A program made the position numbers and the translations under genes. A model generated the notes under the pieces. It did no database searches. It was not told the DNA's origin and was given only the letters and a program-made list of their open reading frames with translations. Positions 45,493 to 55,401 of a DNA stretch of 64,000 nucleotides are shown here, piece after piece. The stretch comes from Candidatus Methylacidiphilales bacterium (GTDB lineage: Bacteria; Verrucomicrobiota; Verrucomicrobiia; Methylacidiphilales; Verrucolacustridaceae). The stretch spans positions 14,563 through 78,562 of the forward strand of contig JBIKTM010000005.1 of the NCBI GenBank assembly GCA_044348085.1, written 5' to 3'. How positions within the stretch are numbered: the first letter of the stretch is position 1; each line of letters begins with the position of its first letter.

Positions 45493-46421
45493 ATTCGGGG
45501 GTGATTTTTCTTCTTGGACCTACGGCGGCGGGGAAGTCGCGATTGGCGATGACCCTGGCTCAACAGACAGGGGCTGAAATCGCTTCTGTAGATGCGTTTC
45601 AGATCTATCGGGGTTTGGATATTGGAACGGGAAAAGCGACTCAGGAGGAGCAGGGAAAAGTCCGGCATCATCTGATCGATCTGGTGGAAGCGGAGCAGGA
45701 TTTCTCTTCCGCGGACTATGGGAACGAGGCGCGGCGGGTTCTTGCTGATCTTGATCAAAGGAAGGTGAATTCTATTTGGGTGGGGGGAACCGGATTGTAT
45801 CACCGAGTGATGACCCAGGGTTTATCAAAAGCCCCGGGAACCGATCGTGCCACCGCAGAGAATCTGGAGAAAAAGACGACAGAGGAGTTGGCTGAGACTG
45901 TTCTCAAAATCGATCCTGTGTGGGCCGAGAAGGCCGACTTACAAAACCGGAGGAGGGTAGTACGAGCTTTGGCTGTTTGGGAACAGACAGGAAGAAAGAT
46001 GTCCGACTGGCAAAAACAGGAAATGACACATGGTTTGATGGCCGAAGTGGAAACATGGTGTCTTGTTCCTCCAATCGAACTCTTGGAGGAGGTTATTCGA
46101 AAGCGGGTAGAGGGAATGTTGAGTGGCGGGTGGATTGAGGAGGTAAAGGGATTGATGGGGCGGTCCGGTTGGGAAGGGTGTCCTGGTTCGCGTGCGATTG
46201 GTTATCAGGAAGTGGCAGAACTGCTTTGCGGAAAAATTGGACGGGAGAGCGCGTGTGACAAAATTGTTTCAGCGACAAGGGCGTATGCGAAGCGTCAATT
46301 GACCTGGTTTCGTGGAATTCCTACAGTTCGGGTTATCGAGATTGATCCCCGAGAGCCCCTACCTAAAGCTGGGGTGGAGATTCTGGTGCGAGCGCTGGAG
46401 GGGGGGGCTATTCCGAAATGA
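45450..46421 (+). CDS. miaA: tRNA dimethylallyltransferase
   Basis: [47 protein letters not shown]; GTG 45501 is an alternative start. Confidence 0.95.
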   Translation: MAGQRRGRSWGLELDSGVIFLLGPTAAGKSRLAMTLAQQTGAEIASVDAFQIYRGLDIGTGKATQEEQGKVRHHLIDLVEAEQDFSSADYGNEARRVLADLDQRKVNSIWVGGTGLYHRVMTQGLSKAPGTDRATAENLEKKTTEELAETVLKIDPVWAEKADLQNRRRVVRALAVWEQTGRKMSDWQKQEMTHGLMAEVETWCLVPPIELLEEVIRKRVEGMLSGGWIEEVKGLMGRSGWEGCPGSRAIGYQEVAELLCGKIGRESACDKIVSATRAYAKRQLTWFRGIPTVRVIEIDPREPLPKAGVEILVRALEGGAIPK

Positions 46422-47818
46422 TGGTTACGACGGGTCGGGACAAGGCGATGGAGCGAGCCTTTTTGGTGGGTTTAGAGACTCAAAAATCGGGTCGTTACGA
46501 AGTGGGCGAGTCATTGGATGAGTTGGCTTTGCTGGTGCAGAGTGCAGGTGGGGAAGTGGCCGATCGGGCGACCCAAAAACTCGATCACCCTGTTGCGCCG
46601 ACCTATATCGGAAGCGGGAAAGCGGCGGAACTTGCGTTGGTGGCGAAGGCAAAAAAAGCGGACACAATTATCTTTGATGACGAGTTAAGTCCTGCACAAG
46701 CGAGGAACTTGGAAGGAATCTTTTCCTGTAAGGTTCTGGACCGAACCCAGTTGATTCTGGATATCTTTGCGCAGCGGGCAAAATCGAAGGAGGGAAAGTT
46801 GCAGATCGAGCTGGCCCAGCTGGTTTATTTATTGCCGAGATTGACGGGCATGTGGACTCACTTGTCTAGACAGTCGGGTGGAATTGGAATGCGTGGACCG
46901 GGAGAAACGCAGTTGGAGGTAGATCGGCGTCGTGTGCAGGAGCGAATCACTCGGCTAGAGAGGGATTTGGCAGAGGTGAGAAAGCATCGGATGATTCAAA
47001 GGGAAGGTCGGATGCGGCAACATTGGCCTGTCGCGGCTTTAGTGGGTTATACGAATGCGGGAAAGTCGACCCTGATGAACCGATTGACCCACTCGGAAGT
47101 GGTGGCTGAAGATCGTCTCTTTGCAACGTTGGATCCAACGATACGTCAGTTTCGGATGCCGAACGGAGTGCGGGTGCTTTTGGGAGATACGGTGGGATTC
47201 TTAAAGAAACTTCCGACTCATCTTGTGGAATCTTTTCAGTCGACTTTGGAGGAGGTGGCTTTTGCAGATGTTTTGATTCATGTGGTGGATGCGAGTCATC
47301 CTCAGCGGGAACAGCAGAGGAAAGCAGTTGATGAGGTGTTGCAGAAGATTGGTGCAGGGGACAAGCACACCTTGACGGTATGGAATAAGGCGGATCGATT
47401 GGAGAACTGGACAACTTTGGAATGGGAGGCAAGGACTGCGCCCCATGGAGTAGTCATTTCAGCGAAGACGGGAGAGGGAATCCCGAACCTTTTGTCGGAA
47501 TTGGCCTCGATGTTGACGGCATGGAGTATCCGAGTTCGGATTCGGGTTCCTCAGAGTGAAGGGGCGCTTTTGGCTTTGTTGAGCCGAGCGGGGAGAATTC
47601 TTGAAAAGAGGTACGAGGGGAACGAGGTGGAGCTTGTGGCGCACATTCCTCCCTTCTTGAGGGGAAAGGTCGCTCCGTTTATCCTACCTGAGGATGGCAA
47701 GAATCCGGGAATTACCCTCGGGAGAGAGACCGAGGGAGCGGTTGATGAGTCAAGGTCCGGAGGCCTTGGGGGCGGCGGAATTGTTAGCGATCCTCTTGCG
47801 GACGGGGTTGCCGGGTAA
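46418..47818 (+). CDS. hflX: Ribosome-splitting GTPase HflX
   Basis: [48 protein letters not shown]. Confidence 0.96.
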   Translation: MMVTTGRDKAMERAFLVGLETQKSGRYEVGESLDELALLVQSAGGEVADRATQKLDHPVAPTYIGSGKAAELALVAKAKKADTIIFDDELSPAQARNLEGIFSCKVLDRTQLILDIFAQRAKSKEGKLQIELAQLVYLLPRLTGMWTHLSRQSGGIGMRGPGETQLEVDRRRVQERITRLERDLAEVRKHRMIQREGRMRQHWPVAALVGYTNAGKSTLMNRLTHSEVVAEDRLFATLDPTIRQFRMPNGVRVLLGDTVGFLKKLPTHLVESFQSTLEEVAFADVLIHVVDASHPQREQQRKAVDEVLQKIGAGDKHTLTVWNKADRLENWTTLEWEARTAPHGVVISAKTGEGIPNLLSELASMLTAWSIRVRIRVPQSEGALLALLSRAGRILEKRYEGNEVELVAHIPPFLRGKVAPFILPEDGKNPGITLGRETEGAVDESRSGGLGGGGIVSDPLADGVAG

Positions 47819-48389
47819 GTCAGCGGTGGAGTTGGCTGCACAGATTTTAGGCTCTAGGGAGGGGTTGGGGGGATTGGCGCGGATTACTCCGAAATCATTG
47901 CAAAAAGATTTCAAGGGATTGGGGATCGCTAAGGCGTGTCAGATCGCAGCCGCGATTGAGTTGGGGAGGCGGGTGGGCGTGGCAGAGGTTTCGGGCGGAT
48001 TACTGGATACTCCAGTCCGGGTGGAGGCGCTGATGGGGCCAGAGTTGAGGAGGAAAGATCGGGAGGAGGTATGGGTGCTTTTATTGAACACGAAGCTGCG
48101 GCTTTTGAGGCGTGCTCAGGTGAGTCGGGGTTCGGTGAATGAGACTGCGGTACAGCCACAGGAGATTTTGCGGGAGGCGTTGGGGTCGGAAGCGGTGTAT
48201 GGATTGATCGTGGTTCATAATCATCCTTCGGGAGATCCTGCGCCAAGTCCTGCGGATTTGGATTTTACGCGGAGGTTACGGGATGGTGCAAAAACGGTCG
48301 GGGTGGTTTTGCAGGATCACGTAATTATCGGCGTCGCGCGTGAGGGCCGACCTGGGTACTATAGTTTTAAGGAGGCAGGATATCTGTGA
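47694..48389 (+). CDS. radC: RadC family JAB-domain protein
   Basis: [36 protein letters not shown]. Confidence 0.94.
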   Translation: MARIRELPSGERPRERLMSQGPEALGAAELLAILLRTGLPGKSAVELAAQILGSREGLGGLARITPKSLQKDFKGLGIAKACQIAAAIELGRRVGVAEVSGGLLDTPVRVEALMGPELRRKDREEVWVLLLNTKLRLLRRAQVSRGSVNETAVQPQEILREALGSEAVYGLIVVHNHPSGDPAPSPADLDFTRRLRDGAKTVGVVLQDHVIIGVAREGRPGYYSFKEAGYL

Positions 48390-49195
48390 GTGAAATTCAT
48401 CCTACGGCGATTGTGGAGAAGGGGGCTCAGTTGGGGAAGGGTTGTGTCGTGGGGCCAGGGGCGATCCTAGGGGCAGAGGTGGAGTTGGGAGAAGGCTGTG
48501 TGGTGGGTGCGAGGGCGGTTTTAGAGGGAAGGGTGCTTATGGGGGCAAAGAATCGGATTGGAGTGGGTGCAGTCATTGGGGGAGAACCGCAAGATATCGC
48601 TTATCAGGGGGCGAAGTCGGGAGTGATCGTAGGGGAGGGGAATATTTTTCGAGAGTATGTGACGGTCCATCGAGGAACAAAGGAGGGAACGAACACTGTG
48701 ATTGGAAACGGGTGTTTTTTAATGGTGGGGGCACATGTGGCGCATAACTGTCGATTGGCGGACGGGGTGGTTCTAGTGAATGGGGTAATGTTGGCGGGGT
48801 ATGTGGAGGTGGAGGAGAAGGCATTTCTGGGTGGTGCGGTGGTAGTACATCAGTTTGTGAGGATTGGAAAGTTGGCGATGGTGCGGGGGCAGACGCGGAT
48901 CGGAATGGATTTGCCGCCCTACTGTATGGCGGTGGCTACGAATGCTGTATGCGGGCTGAATCTGGTTGGGATTCGAAGGTCAGGGGTAGGGGTTGAGGGG
49001 AGAAAGGCGTTGGAAAGGGCCTACGAGGAGTTTTTCTTCGGAGGAAAGAACCGGGTGCAAGCGCTGGAGGCGATTCGTAGCGGGAAGGATATCAAGGTGA
49101 AAGAGGTGAAGGAGTTTTGTGATTTTATTGAAAAGACGAAGAGAGGGATCTGCCACGGGTTACGGGCAGGGGATTTAAGGGAAGAGGAGAACTAG
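48386..49195 (+). CDS. lpxA: Acyl-ACP--UDP-GlcNAc O-acyltransferase family protein
   Basis: IHPTAIV, hexapeptide repeats, PQD, REYVTVHRGT, HVAHNC, VHQF, DLPPY, GLNLVGIRR. Confidence 0.88.
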   Translation: MSEIHPTAIVEKGAQLGKGCVVGPGAILGAEVELGEGCVVGARAVLEGRVLMGAKNRIGVGAVIGGEPQDIAYQGAKSGVIVGEGNIFREYVTVHRGTKEGTNTVIGNGCFLMVGAHVAHNCRLADGVVLVNGVMLAGYVEVEEKAFLGGAVVVHQFVRIGKLAMVRGQTRIGMDLPPYCMAVATNAVCGLNLVGIRRSGVGVEGRKALERAYEEFFFGGKNRVQALEAIRSGKDIKVKEVKEFCDFIEKTKRGICHGLRAGDLREEEN

Positions 49196-50430
49196 AAGCG
49201 GGACTGAATGCCGACTTCGAGGGCGAAGTTGTAGCTGTTTTCGAAATCGTAGTTTCCAATCCGAGGAGTGAAGGCTCCTAGAAGTTTGAAAACTCCGTAG
49301 AAGTCGACCCCTGGGGCAACTGTGTAGTTGGCGCCTAACTGAGCGTTGTAGCCAAATTGGAACGCGCTACGGCAGTAGTTAGCTTGGATGTTTGTGGTTC
49401 CGAAAGTGAAATTATTAACATCCAACTGCTGCCAGATGGCTCCCACACCTCCGCCAATAAAAGGCTTGAAGGCAGTTTTTCCGGGCCAGCGGAGAATTCC
49501 GTCGATCTGAATTGGAACTTGGAGTAATTCTCCATCAGCAGGAAGTTGGTAGGATCCGGCAGCGAAGGTTTGGCCGTAAAGGGTGCCTTGATTTGCAACT
49601 GTTAGGCCATATTGATCCAATGCATTGTAGATCACTCCGCTTTGGAGACTGACTCCGAGCCAATCGTAAATGTTGTATCCAAATTCAACATCAAATCTAA
49701 AGCCAGGTTCAAAAGTAAAATTTTCAGCCGATATAGTCGCAGCACCTACGGAGGGTGTGGAGGGTATGTAGGGATACGCCTGCATATTGTTGCCGTTGAA
49801 CACACGGCGGGCGGTAAGCTGGCCTTGGATGGAGCCACCTACCGAGGTGTTCATGAAGAAGTCATCGTACGTGCCAAGGTCTGTAGTGCCGACGCCCCCA
49901 TCGGAGAGGGGTGCGGGTTTGCCTGAGACAGTTTGAAGTGGAGTTGGTGTTGTTGGGGCACCGGAGAGTGGATCAACGGGAGCTGAACCTCCCATGGCAG
50001 ATCCGCCCATGGGATCTGAATTTGCCATCGGAATTTGAATTGTACTATCGGCGGAAGATGGAAGTGGTACAGGAGCGGTCGCAGGTGTTGTGGCATCGCC
50101 GATTGGGGCGATGGAGAGATTTTTATTTGAGGAAGAGTTTTGGGTTGGGGTTGGCTCTAGAAATGAGAGAGTGGGTGGGCCGCCGAAATCTTTTCCGTCA
50201 TCCCAAGAGTTCAATGAGGAAAGTGGAACGACTCGTTTGGTTCCGTTCGGATAAGTTTTTAGAATCTGACCTTGTGCCTCGACAATGGGAGGAGTCGCAA
50301 GATTCGGAGCAGGCGAGGGGCTAGCTGATTCTGGTAGAGTTAAACGTTGTGCTTCGGCAGTAATCGTAAAACAGGTACTTGCTACTAATAGAAGTACAAG
50401 GGGTGATGCCCTTCTGTGAATGGGTATCCT
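49192..50430 (-). CDS. Outer-membrane beta-barrel protein with Pro/Thr/Ser-rich N-terminus (paralogue 1)
   Basis: Signal peptide, low-complexity linker, amphipathic strands (PGFRFDVEFGYN, PFIGGGVG, FQFGYNAQLG), terminal Phe (QSRF). Confidence 0.75.
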   Translation of the reverse strand, partial: RIPIHRRASPLVLLLVASTCFTITAEAQRLTLPESASPSPAPNLATPPIVEAQGQILKTYPNGTKRVVPLSSLNSWDDGKDFGGPPTLSFLEPTPTQNSSSNKNLSIAPIGDATTPATAPVPLPSSADSTIQIPMANSDPMGGSAMGGSAPVDPLSGAPTTPTPLQTVSGKPAPLSDGGVGTTDLGTYDDFFMNTSVGGSIQGQLTARRVFNGNNMQAYPYIPSTPSVGAATISAENFTFEPGFRFDVEFGYNIYDWLGVSLQSGVIYNALDQYGLTVANQGTLYGQTFAAGSYQLPADGELLQVPIQIDGILRWPGKTAFKPFIGGGVGAIWQQLDVNNFTFGTTNIQANYCRSAFQFGYNAQLGANYTVAPGVDFYGVFKLLGAFTPRIGNYDFENSYNFALEVGIQSRF

Positions 50431-50583
50431 CATCGATCTAGTGCGGATACTGAGCACAATATGTAGTACCCGCAAAGAAAAGGACTCAACTTATAGTGAA
50501 GTTATTCACATAGTTGTACAGAAGTGGCCAGTTCCCGGGGCCCGCCGTAGGGCAGGCTTGGTGCCAAGTGTAAGGTCGGAGCC

Positions 50584-51447
50584 CTAAAAACGCCAGGTGA
50601 GGCCGATTTCTGCGGTATGATTAAACATGGCGTGGCTGGTGCCGAAGTCGTCGAAGTTGGGACTGGGCATGGAGAGGCACTTGTAACCGATATCGAGGTC
50701 GAATCCAGGTTGAATGGTGTAGGTGAAACCGGTGGTGAACTGCCAAGCAAAGTTCCACTGGTAGGAACTGTAAGTACCGACTTCGGTCAGGGCAGTGCCT
50801 GAGTGGTAGATCATCCAGTTTGCTCCGACACCTGCACCAACATACCCACGGAAAGGGCCTTGGGAGAGGTAGTGGTAGGTTGCATTAAAGAGTACGGGGA
50901 CTTGATAAAGGGAGCCTGCGCCGTAACGGGTATCGTTTTGCCAGACGACGGAGTGGATCGAATTATAGATGAAGTCGCCTTCGACCGAGAGACGGAGTTG
51001 AGGGAGGACATTGTAGCCGGCCTCGAGATCGTACCGGATCCCAGGGTTGAAAATGGTTTTGCTGTAGATCGACTGATTGCCAAAACGGGTGCTCCACGGT
51101 TGAAGTAGATTCACACCGACGGCGGTGCGAAAGACAGGGCCCTCGTTGGGACCATAAAAATCCTCAAGTGTGCGAGGGGAGTCGTTCGTCTCTTCGAGCG
51201 TAACAGGGGCAGGAGTCGTGACCAAAGGAGAGTTTGTGCCAATCGGAACGATGCCAACGTCTTCAGGGCGAAGTGAAGGGGAGGGAGTGGTGAGAGTAGG
51301 CCCTGAAGAATCGGATGTTGCAGTCCGAAGAGTAACAGCCTCAGAGCTGGTCTGGGCTGAAGCAGTGCAATTGAATATCAGCGCGATCAATAAAAAGCGC
51401 CCCCAGAAGGGGAAGCTTTTCATATTGAAGAAACCGCGTGATTTCAA
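50584..51447 (-). CDS. Outer-membrane beta-barrel protein (paralogue 2)
   Basis: PGIRYDLEAGYN, YQVPVLFN, GYVGAGVG, FAWQFTTG, NHTAEIGLTWRF; ATG 51423 is an alternative start. Confidence 0.78.
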   Translation of the reverse strand: MKSRGFFNMKSFPFWGRFLLIALIFNCTASAQTSSEAVTLRTATSDSSGPTLTTPSPSLRPEDVGIVPIGTNSPLVTTPAPVTLEETNDSPRTLEDFYGPNEGPVFRTAVGVNLLQPWSTRFGNQSIYSKTIFNPGIRYDLEAGYNVLPQLRLSVEGDFIYNSIHSVVWQNDTRYGAGSLYQVPVLFNATYHYLSQGPFRGYVGAGVGANWMIYHSGTALTEVGTYSSYQWNFAWQFTTGFTYTIQPGFDLDIGYKCLSMPSPNFDDFGTSHAMFNHTAEIGLTWRF

Positions 51448-52403
51448 AACCGGTAGGCAAGTCCGATTTCGGCAGTATGATTAAAGCTGGCCTGATAGTG
51501 CCCTCCTCCCTGGAAATTAGGATTCGGGGTGGATAAAAGCTTATAGGCAAAATCCAGATCGAGTCCCGGCATTACATTGTAAGTAAATCCAGCGGTTACC
51601 TCCCAAACAAAGTTCCATTGGTAGCTTGTGTATGCTCCTAGCGGGTTAACCGAACTTTGGAGAATGTCCCAGGCGCCACCTATGCCTCCGCCTAAATAGC
51701 CTCGGATAGGTCCTTCAGTTGGGTAGGTAAAGGTTACATTTGCAATAACTGGAACCTGATAAAACCCGCCATTTCCCAAGTTGGAGCTTCCATTATACAA
51801 AGCCGCATTGTTGAAATTGAGAGAGTGGACTTGATTGTAAATAAATGAGGATTCCAGTCCTACGCGAAACCAGTCAGTTACATTATATCCAGGTTCCAAA
51901 TCAAATCGAATCCCTGGTTGGAATACGAATTTATTGTAAGTTCTTCCATCTCCGCTCCTTCCGCTCAAAGGCTGCTGGAAGGAAGCCCCTACTGCGCTTC
52001 GGAGAACAAAGCCTTCTTCGGGTCCGTAGTTATCGGTATCAGACATGGGGGATGGAGTTGTGTTCACTCCACTTGAAGATTCTTGGATCACAACTGAAGT
52101 GGAGGAGGGCATCGGAGTTGAGGCTGATGCGGACGTAGACGTTGTTGCGGCAGGTTGGCCGATCGGCACGACCCCATCTTTTCCTGGGTCGTACGCGATG
52201 ATACGGGGAGAGCCTCCGTGCCTTTCTCCGTTATCGACCGCTTTTCCGATTTCACTCCAACGGACAACGACCTTGGTGCCGTCGGGATAAACCTTCATGA
52301 CCATAGGATCGTTCGTAGATGTGGTTACCGAAGGTTCCCCCAGCACTACAGGAGAGGCAGCGAGCAAAGCGACCACAGTTATACAATTTACGTATTTATA
52401 CAT
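51444..52403 (-). CDS. Outer-membrane beta-barrel protein (paralogue 3)
   Basis: PGIRFDLEPGYN, YQVPVIAN, GYLGGGIG, FVWEVTAG, NHTAEIGLAYRF. Confidence 0.78.
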   Translation of the reverse strand: MYKYVNCITVVALLAASPVVLGEPSVTTSTNDPMVMKVYPDGTKVVVRWSEIGKAVDNGERHGGSPRIIAYDPGKDGVVPIGQPAATTSTSASASTPMPSSTSVVIQESSSGVNTTPSPMSDTDNYGPEEGFVLRSAVGASFQQPLSGRSGDGRTYNKFVFQPGIRFDLEPGYNVTDWFRVGLESSFIYNQVHSLNFNNAALYNGSSNLGNGGFYQVPVIANVTFTYPTEGPIRGYLGGGIGGAWDILQSSVNPLGAYTSYQWNFVWEVTAGFTYNVMPGLDLDFAYKLLSTPNPNFQGGGHYQASFNHTAEIGLAYRF

Positions 52404-52647
52404 AATTAATCCTTGATTGGGTTGGGAGCCGTCCCGCGTCTAATTGACGACAAATGGCGTCTCATGAGCTCTATTTGATCTATATATGGTATGTGTCAAT
52501 AAAGATGTTAATAACTTCCAAACAACTTATTACATAATATATAGTATTAACGATTTTATCGTAGCGAGACATCCGCTGATTTTTTGATCTAAAGAGGTGA
52601 ACTTTTCTATCCCGAGTAAACTCTTCGGGGGAACGCTGAGCGTGTAG

Positions 52648-53271
52648 TTAGGTTTGTTTGATTCCTGAAATCTGGAAAGTTAGCAGTTCTTTTGCGAGAT
52701 CGGTTCCCGGGGGCAGGTGAAGGGTTCGCCATCCTGATTTTCTTGGGGTTTCCAGGTTTTCAGTAAGGTCATCGATAAAGAGGGAGCTTTCCGCTTTTGC
52801 TCCTGTTGCCTGTAGCGCTTTTTCGTAAATATCAGGGTGGGGTTTTCGACATCCCGCTTGGTGGGAGTAGATACGGTGCTTGAAAAGCGGGAAGAAGTCG
52901 TAGGTGGCTTCGAGATGTTGGATATGGGAGGCACAGGTGTTTGAGATCAGTGCAAGTGGGTAGTGCTTCGCAAGTTGACGAGCCAAGGCCACCCGTTCGG
53001 GCAGGGAATAAAAGATATCGCAGAAAGCCTCTTGTAGCTCTTGCTGTGCGTGGGTGAGATCTAGATCCTCAGCAAGAAGACCAAAGTACTCATCGCAGGT
53101 ATGGCGACCTCGTTCGTAGTCGTAAGCGCGTTCATGAGACCAGATCTTATTGCAAAAAGCCTCCACGCTTTGGCCTGTGCTTTGAGCCAAGGCTTTCAGC
53201 TTTTCGCCCGAGCGAAGTCCTACCAGAACGTTTCCAAGGTCGAAAAAAAGGTGGGTGATCCTCCGGCTCAT
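52648..53271 (-). CDS. HAD-superfamily phosphatase (YihX-like)
   Basis: FFDLGNVL, ISNT, GCRKPHPDIY, FIDD..EN. Confidence 0.9.
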   Translation of the reverse strand: MSRRITHLFFDLGNVLVGLRSGEKLKALAQSTGQSVEAFCNKIWSHERAYDYERGRHTCDEYFGLLAEDLDLTHAQQELQEAFCDIFYSLPERVALARQLAKHYPLALISNTCASHIQHLEATYDFFPLFKHRIYSHQAGCRKPHPDIYEKALQATGAKAESSLFIDDLTENLETPRKSGWRTLHLPPGTDLAKELLTFQISGIKQT

Positions 53272-53292
53272 CTCGGTTTGGTGGGCCCGCGA

Positions 53293-55392
53293 CTATTTCG
53301 AAGTCTGAATATACTCTCCTGCCCAGGATTCGGGCGGGGGATTTTTCAGGAATTCCTCGCAGATTTTTTTATAAGTTTTGGAGGGGCCATCGTGAGGATC
53401 AAGGGCAAGAGCTTCCTGAAACTTGGCGATAGCCTCCTTGAACTTTTTCGTGGCATGGAGCTTCCAGCCTTCTTCAAACAGTTGTACCACCCGCGCCTTG
53501 GTCTCGGAGAGTTCGCCTTTTTTGGCAAGGAGCTCGTAGCAGGGGACGGGCTCGGTCTTTCCTTTGACGATCATGTTGGCAAGGAAACGGGCCTCGATTT
53601 TGTCCTTTGCCATTTCGTAGGTTTTCCCGCCGATCATGATATGAGTATCGAAGGGTTTGTTGGCGGGCTCAAAACGGGCGGCTTGATTTACGGCGTCGCC
53701 CATCACGGTGTACTGAAACTTTTTGTCGGAGCCCATGTTGCCTGCGGCAACCTCTCCTGTGTTGATGCCCATTCGGGCGTCGATATCACAACCGTATTCG
53801 GCTTTGAGCTCCTGCTTAAGAGATTGAAGACGTTCCTGCTGTTCCAGCGCAGACCAGCAGGCTTTCCAGGCGTGGGAGTTAGGGTCTGGATCGACCCAAA
53901 CGGGGACTCCGAAGTCGGCCATAATGGCATCGCCTGAGTACTTATCGATGTAGCCGCCGTATTTGGTAACGAGATCGCTCATTGGGGTGAGGTAACGATT
54001 GAGGATTTTGGCAAGGTCCTCGGCAGAGACCGATTCGGAGATGGTGGTGAAACCGGCAAGATCGGAAAAAAATATGGAAACCATTCTTTTTTCTCCCGTC
54101 AGGCGGAAGCGGTCGGGATCCGCCTGCATGTAGGAGAGGACCTCGGGGCTGACCATGGTGGAGAACATTCCGCTGACGCGTCGCTTTTCCCGCTGTTCAA
54201 GGACGAACTCGTAGCCGAGGCAACCGATACCTCCGAAAAGAAGGGTGAGGCAGGGTGAGACAGCCGGAAGAATCAGGCTGAGTTTATCTTGAATCACGAA
54301 AGTGAGGACGGCGTATCCCAATCCAATCACGATCAGAAGAAGAAGACGGATGATAGGCTGTTTCGTGGCCAGAATGAGAATAAATGCGAGACCAGCCGCA
54401 CCGATAACTAGAGCGGGGAACATCCATGCAGGGGGAAGTTGGAGAAAACTGCCAGAAAGAGCAGCTCCGAGTGCCGCAAGGTGGACCTCGGGTCCAGGCA
54501 TCGGGTTGGGGTAGGGAGTGCGGATAACGTCTTTTGACCAGTTTCCGTATGGGCCCACGAGGACGATCTTGTTCTTGAGCATCTCCCCGTTTTGAAAAAC
54601 CTTTTCCCATGTGGAGGGAACAAAGAGTTGATAGACGGGGATGGCCTTGTAGTTGAAGTTGGGTGGGCCTGCAAAACGAAGGATGCCTGATCCTTGGGCA
54701 GGAATTCGATCGGCATAGCCTGCTTTTTCGAGCATGCGACATGCGAGTGAGACGGCGGGAATATCTTGGAATTGGCGCTGATAATCTGCTGAGCGGACGA
54801 TTCCGTCTTTCTCAGGCCAAAGATTCACAAAACCAACACGGCCTGCGGGATTATCTTTCGAAATTTCCGATGCCCCGAGAGAGGCCAGCGCAGCGGGAAG
54901 GGTCAGCTGGACGGAGGTGCGACCTGCATTACTAACTTCTTCAAATGTTCCACCCAAGACGGCATGGCTTCCCTCCTGATCCATGACTAGGAGAAGCTCT
55001 TGGTCCCCGTCCTTGGGGGTAGGAAACATGAGGTCGAGGCCGACCACCTTCGCACCCGCTTGGGAGATTCGTTGGATGACACTGGCCCAGACGGATCGGC
55101 GCCAAGGCCAGGAACCAGTCGACATTTCGGCTAAGGCAGGATCGGCGGCGATTTCTTCTTCCGAGAGGATATCCTTGTAAGTGGGTTTATCGATGGTGAT
55201 GAAGACAATCTCGGGCGAGAGGGGTGCGGTTTGCCCAAAGCGAACTCGAAGATCGCGAGTGTAAAGCTCGGCCTCGAGGAGGGGTTTGAACTGCATGAAG
55301 TTGAGAAGGCCGAGAAGAAGAGCCGCGCCTATGCAGATTCCGATTAGAATGATCCGACGCGATGCCGCCTCCTTTTTTGCAGTTTTGGCCAT
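53293..55392 (-). CDS. CHASE2-domain class III adenylate cyclase with C-terminal TPR
   Basis: CHASE2 (WPWRRSVW, GVEVH-like PGPEVH), three TM helices, FSDLAGFT, DKYSGDAIMA, YTVMGDAVNQAARFE. Confidence 0.92.
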   Translation of the reverse strand: MAKTAKKEAASRRIILIGICIGAALLLGLLNFMQFKPLLEAELYTRDLRVRFGQTAPLSPEIVFITIDKPTYKDILSEEEIAADPALAEMSTGSWPWRRSVWASVIQRISQAGAKVVGLDLMFPTPKDGDQELLLVMDQEGSHAVLGGTFEEVSNAGRTSVQLTLPAALASLGASEISKDNPAGRVGFVNLWPEKDGIVRSADYQRQFQDIPAVSLACRMLEKAGYADRIPAQGSGILRFAGPPNFNYKAIPVYQLFVPSTWEKVFQNGEMLKNKIVLVGPYGNWSKDVIRTPYPNPMPGPEVHLAALGAALSGSFLQLPPAWMFPALVIGAAGLAFILILATKQPIIRLLLLIVIGLGYAVLTFVIQDKLSLILPAVSPCLTLLFGGIGCLGYEFVLEQREKRRVSGMFSTMVSPEVLSYMQADPDRFRLTGEKRMVSIFFSDLAGFTTISESVSAEDLAKILNRYLTPMSDLVTKYGGYIDKYSGDAIMADFGVPVWVDPDPNSHAWKACWSALEQQERLQSLKQELKAEYGCDIDARMGINTGEVAAGNMGSDKKFQYTVMGDAVNQAARFEPANKPFDTHIMIGGKTYEMAKDKIEARFLANMIVKGKTEPVPCYELLAKKGELSETKARVVQLFEEGWKLHATKKFKEAIAKFQEALALDPHDGPSKTYKKICEEFLKNPPPESWAGEYIQTSK

Positions 55393-55401
55393 GGAGTATT
55401 C

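Noticed and set aside
52527-52554. dif-like site (reverse strand ATCGTTAATAC-TATATA-TTATGTAATAA)
   Set aside because: The XerD-like arm is fair but the XerC arm is poor, and the G skew does not invert here. More likely AT-rich promoter DNA for the OMP cluster.
53101-53937. Long antisense ORFs (e.g. 53101..53937 +, 55415..56116 +, 13795..14478 -, 57798..58553 -)
   Set aside because: Shadows of well-supported genes on the opposite strand, with no motifs or RBS and composition explained by the G/C skew.
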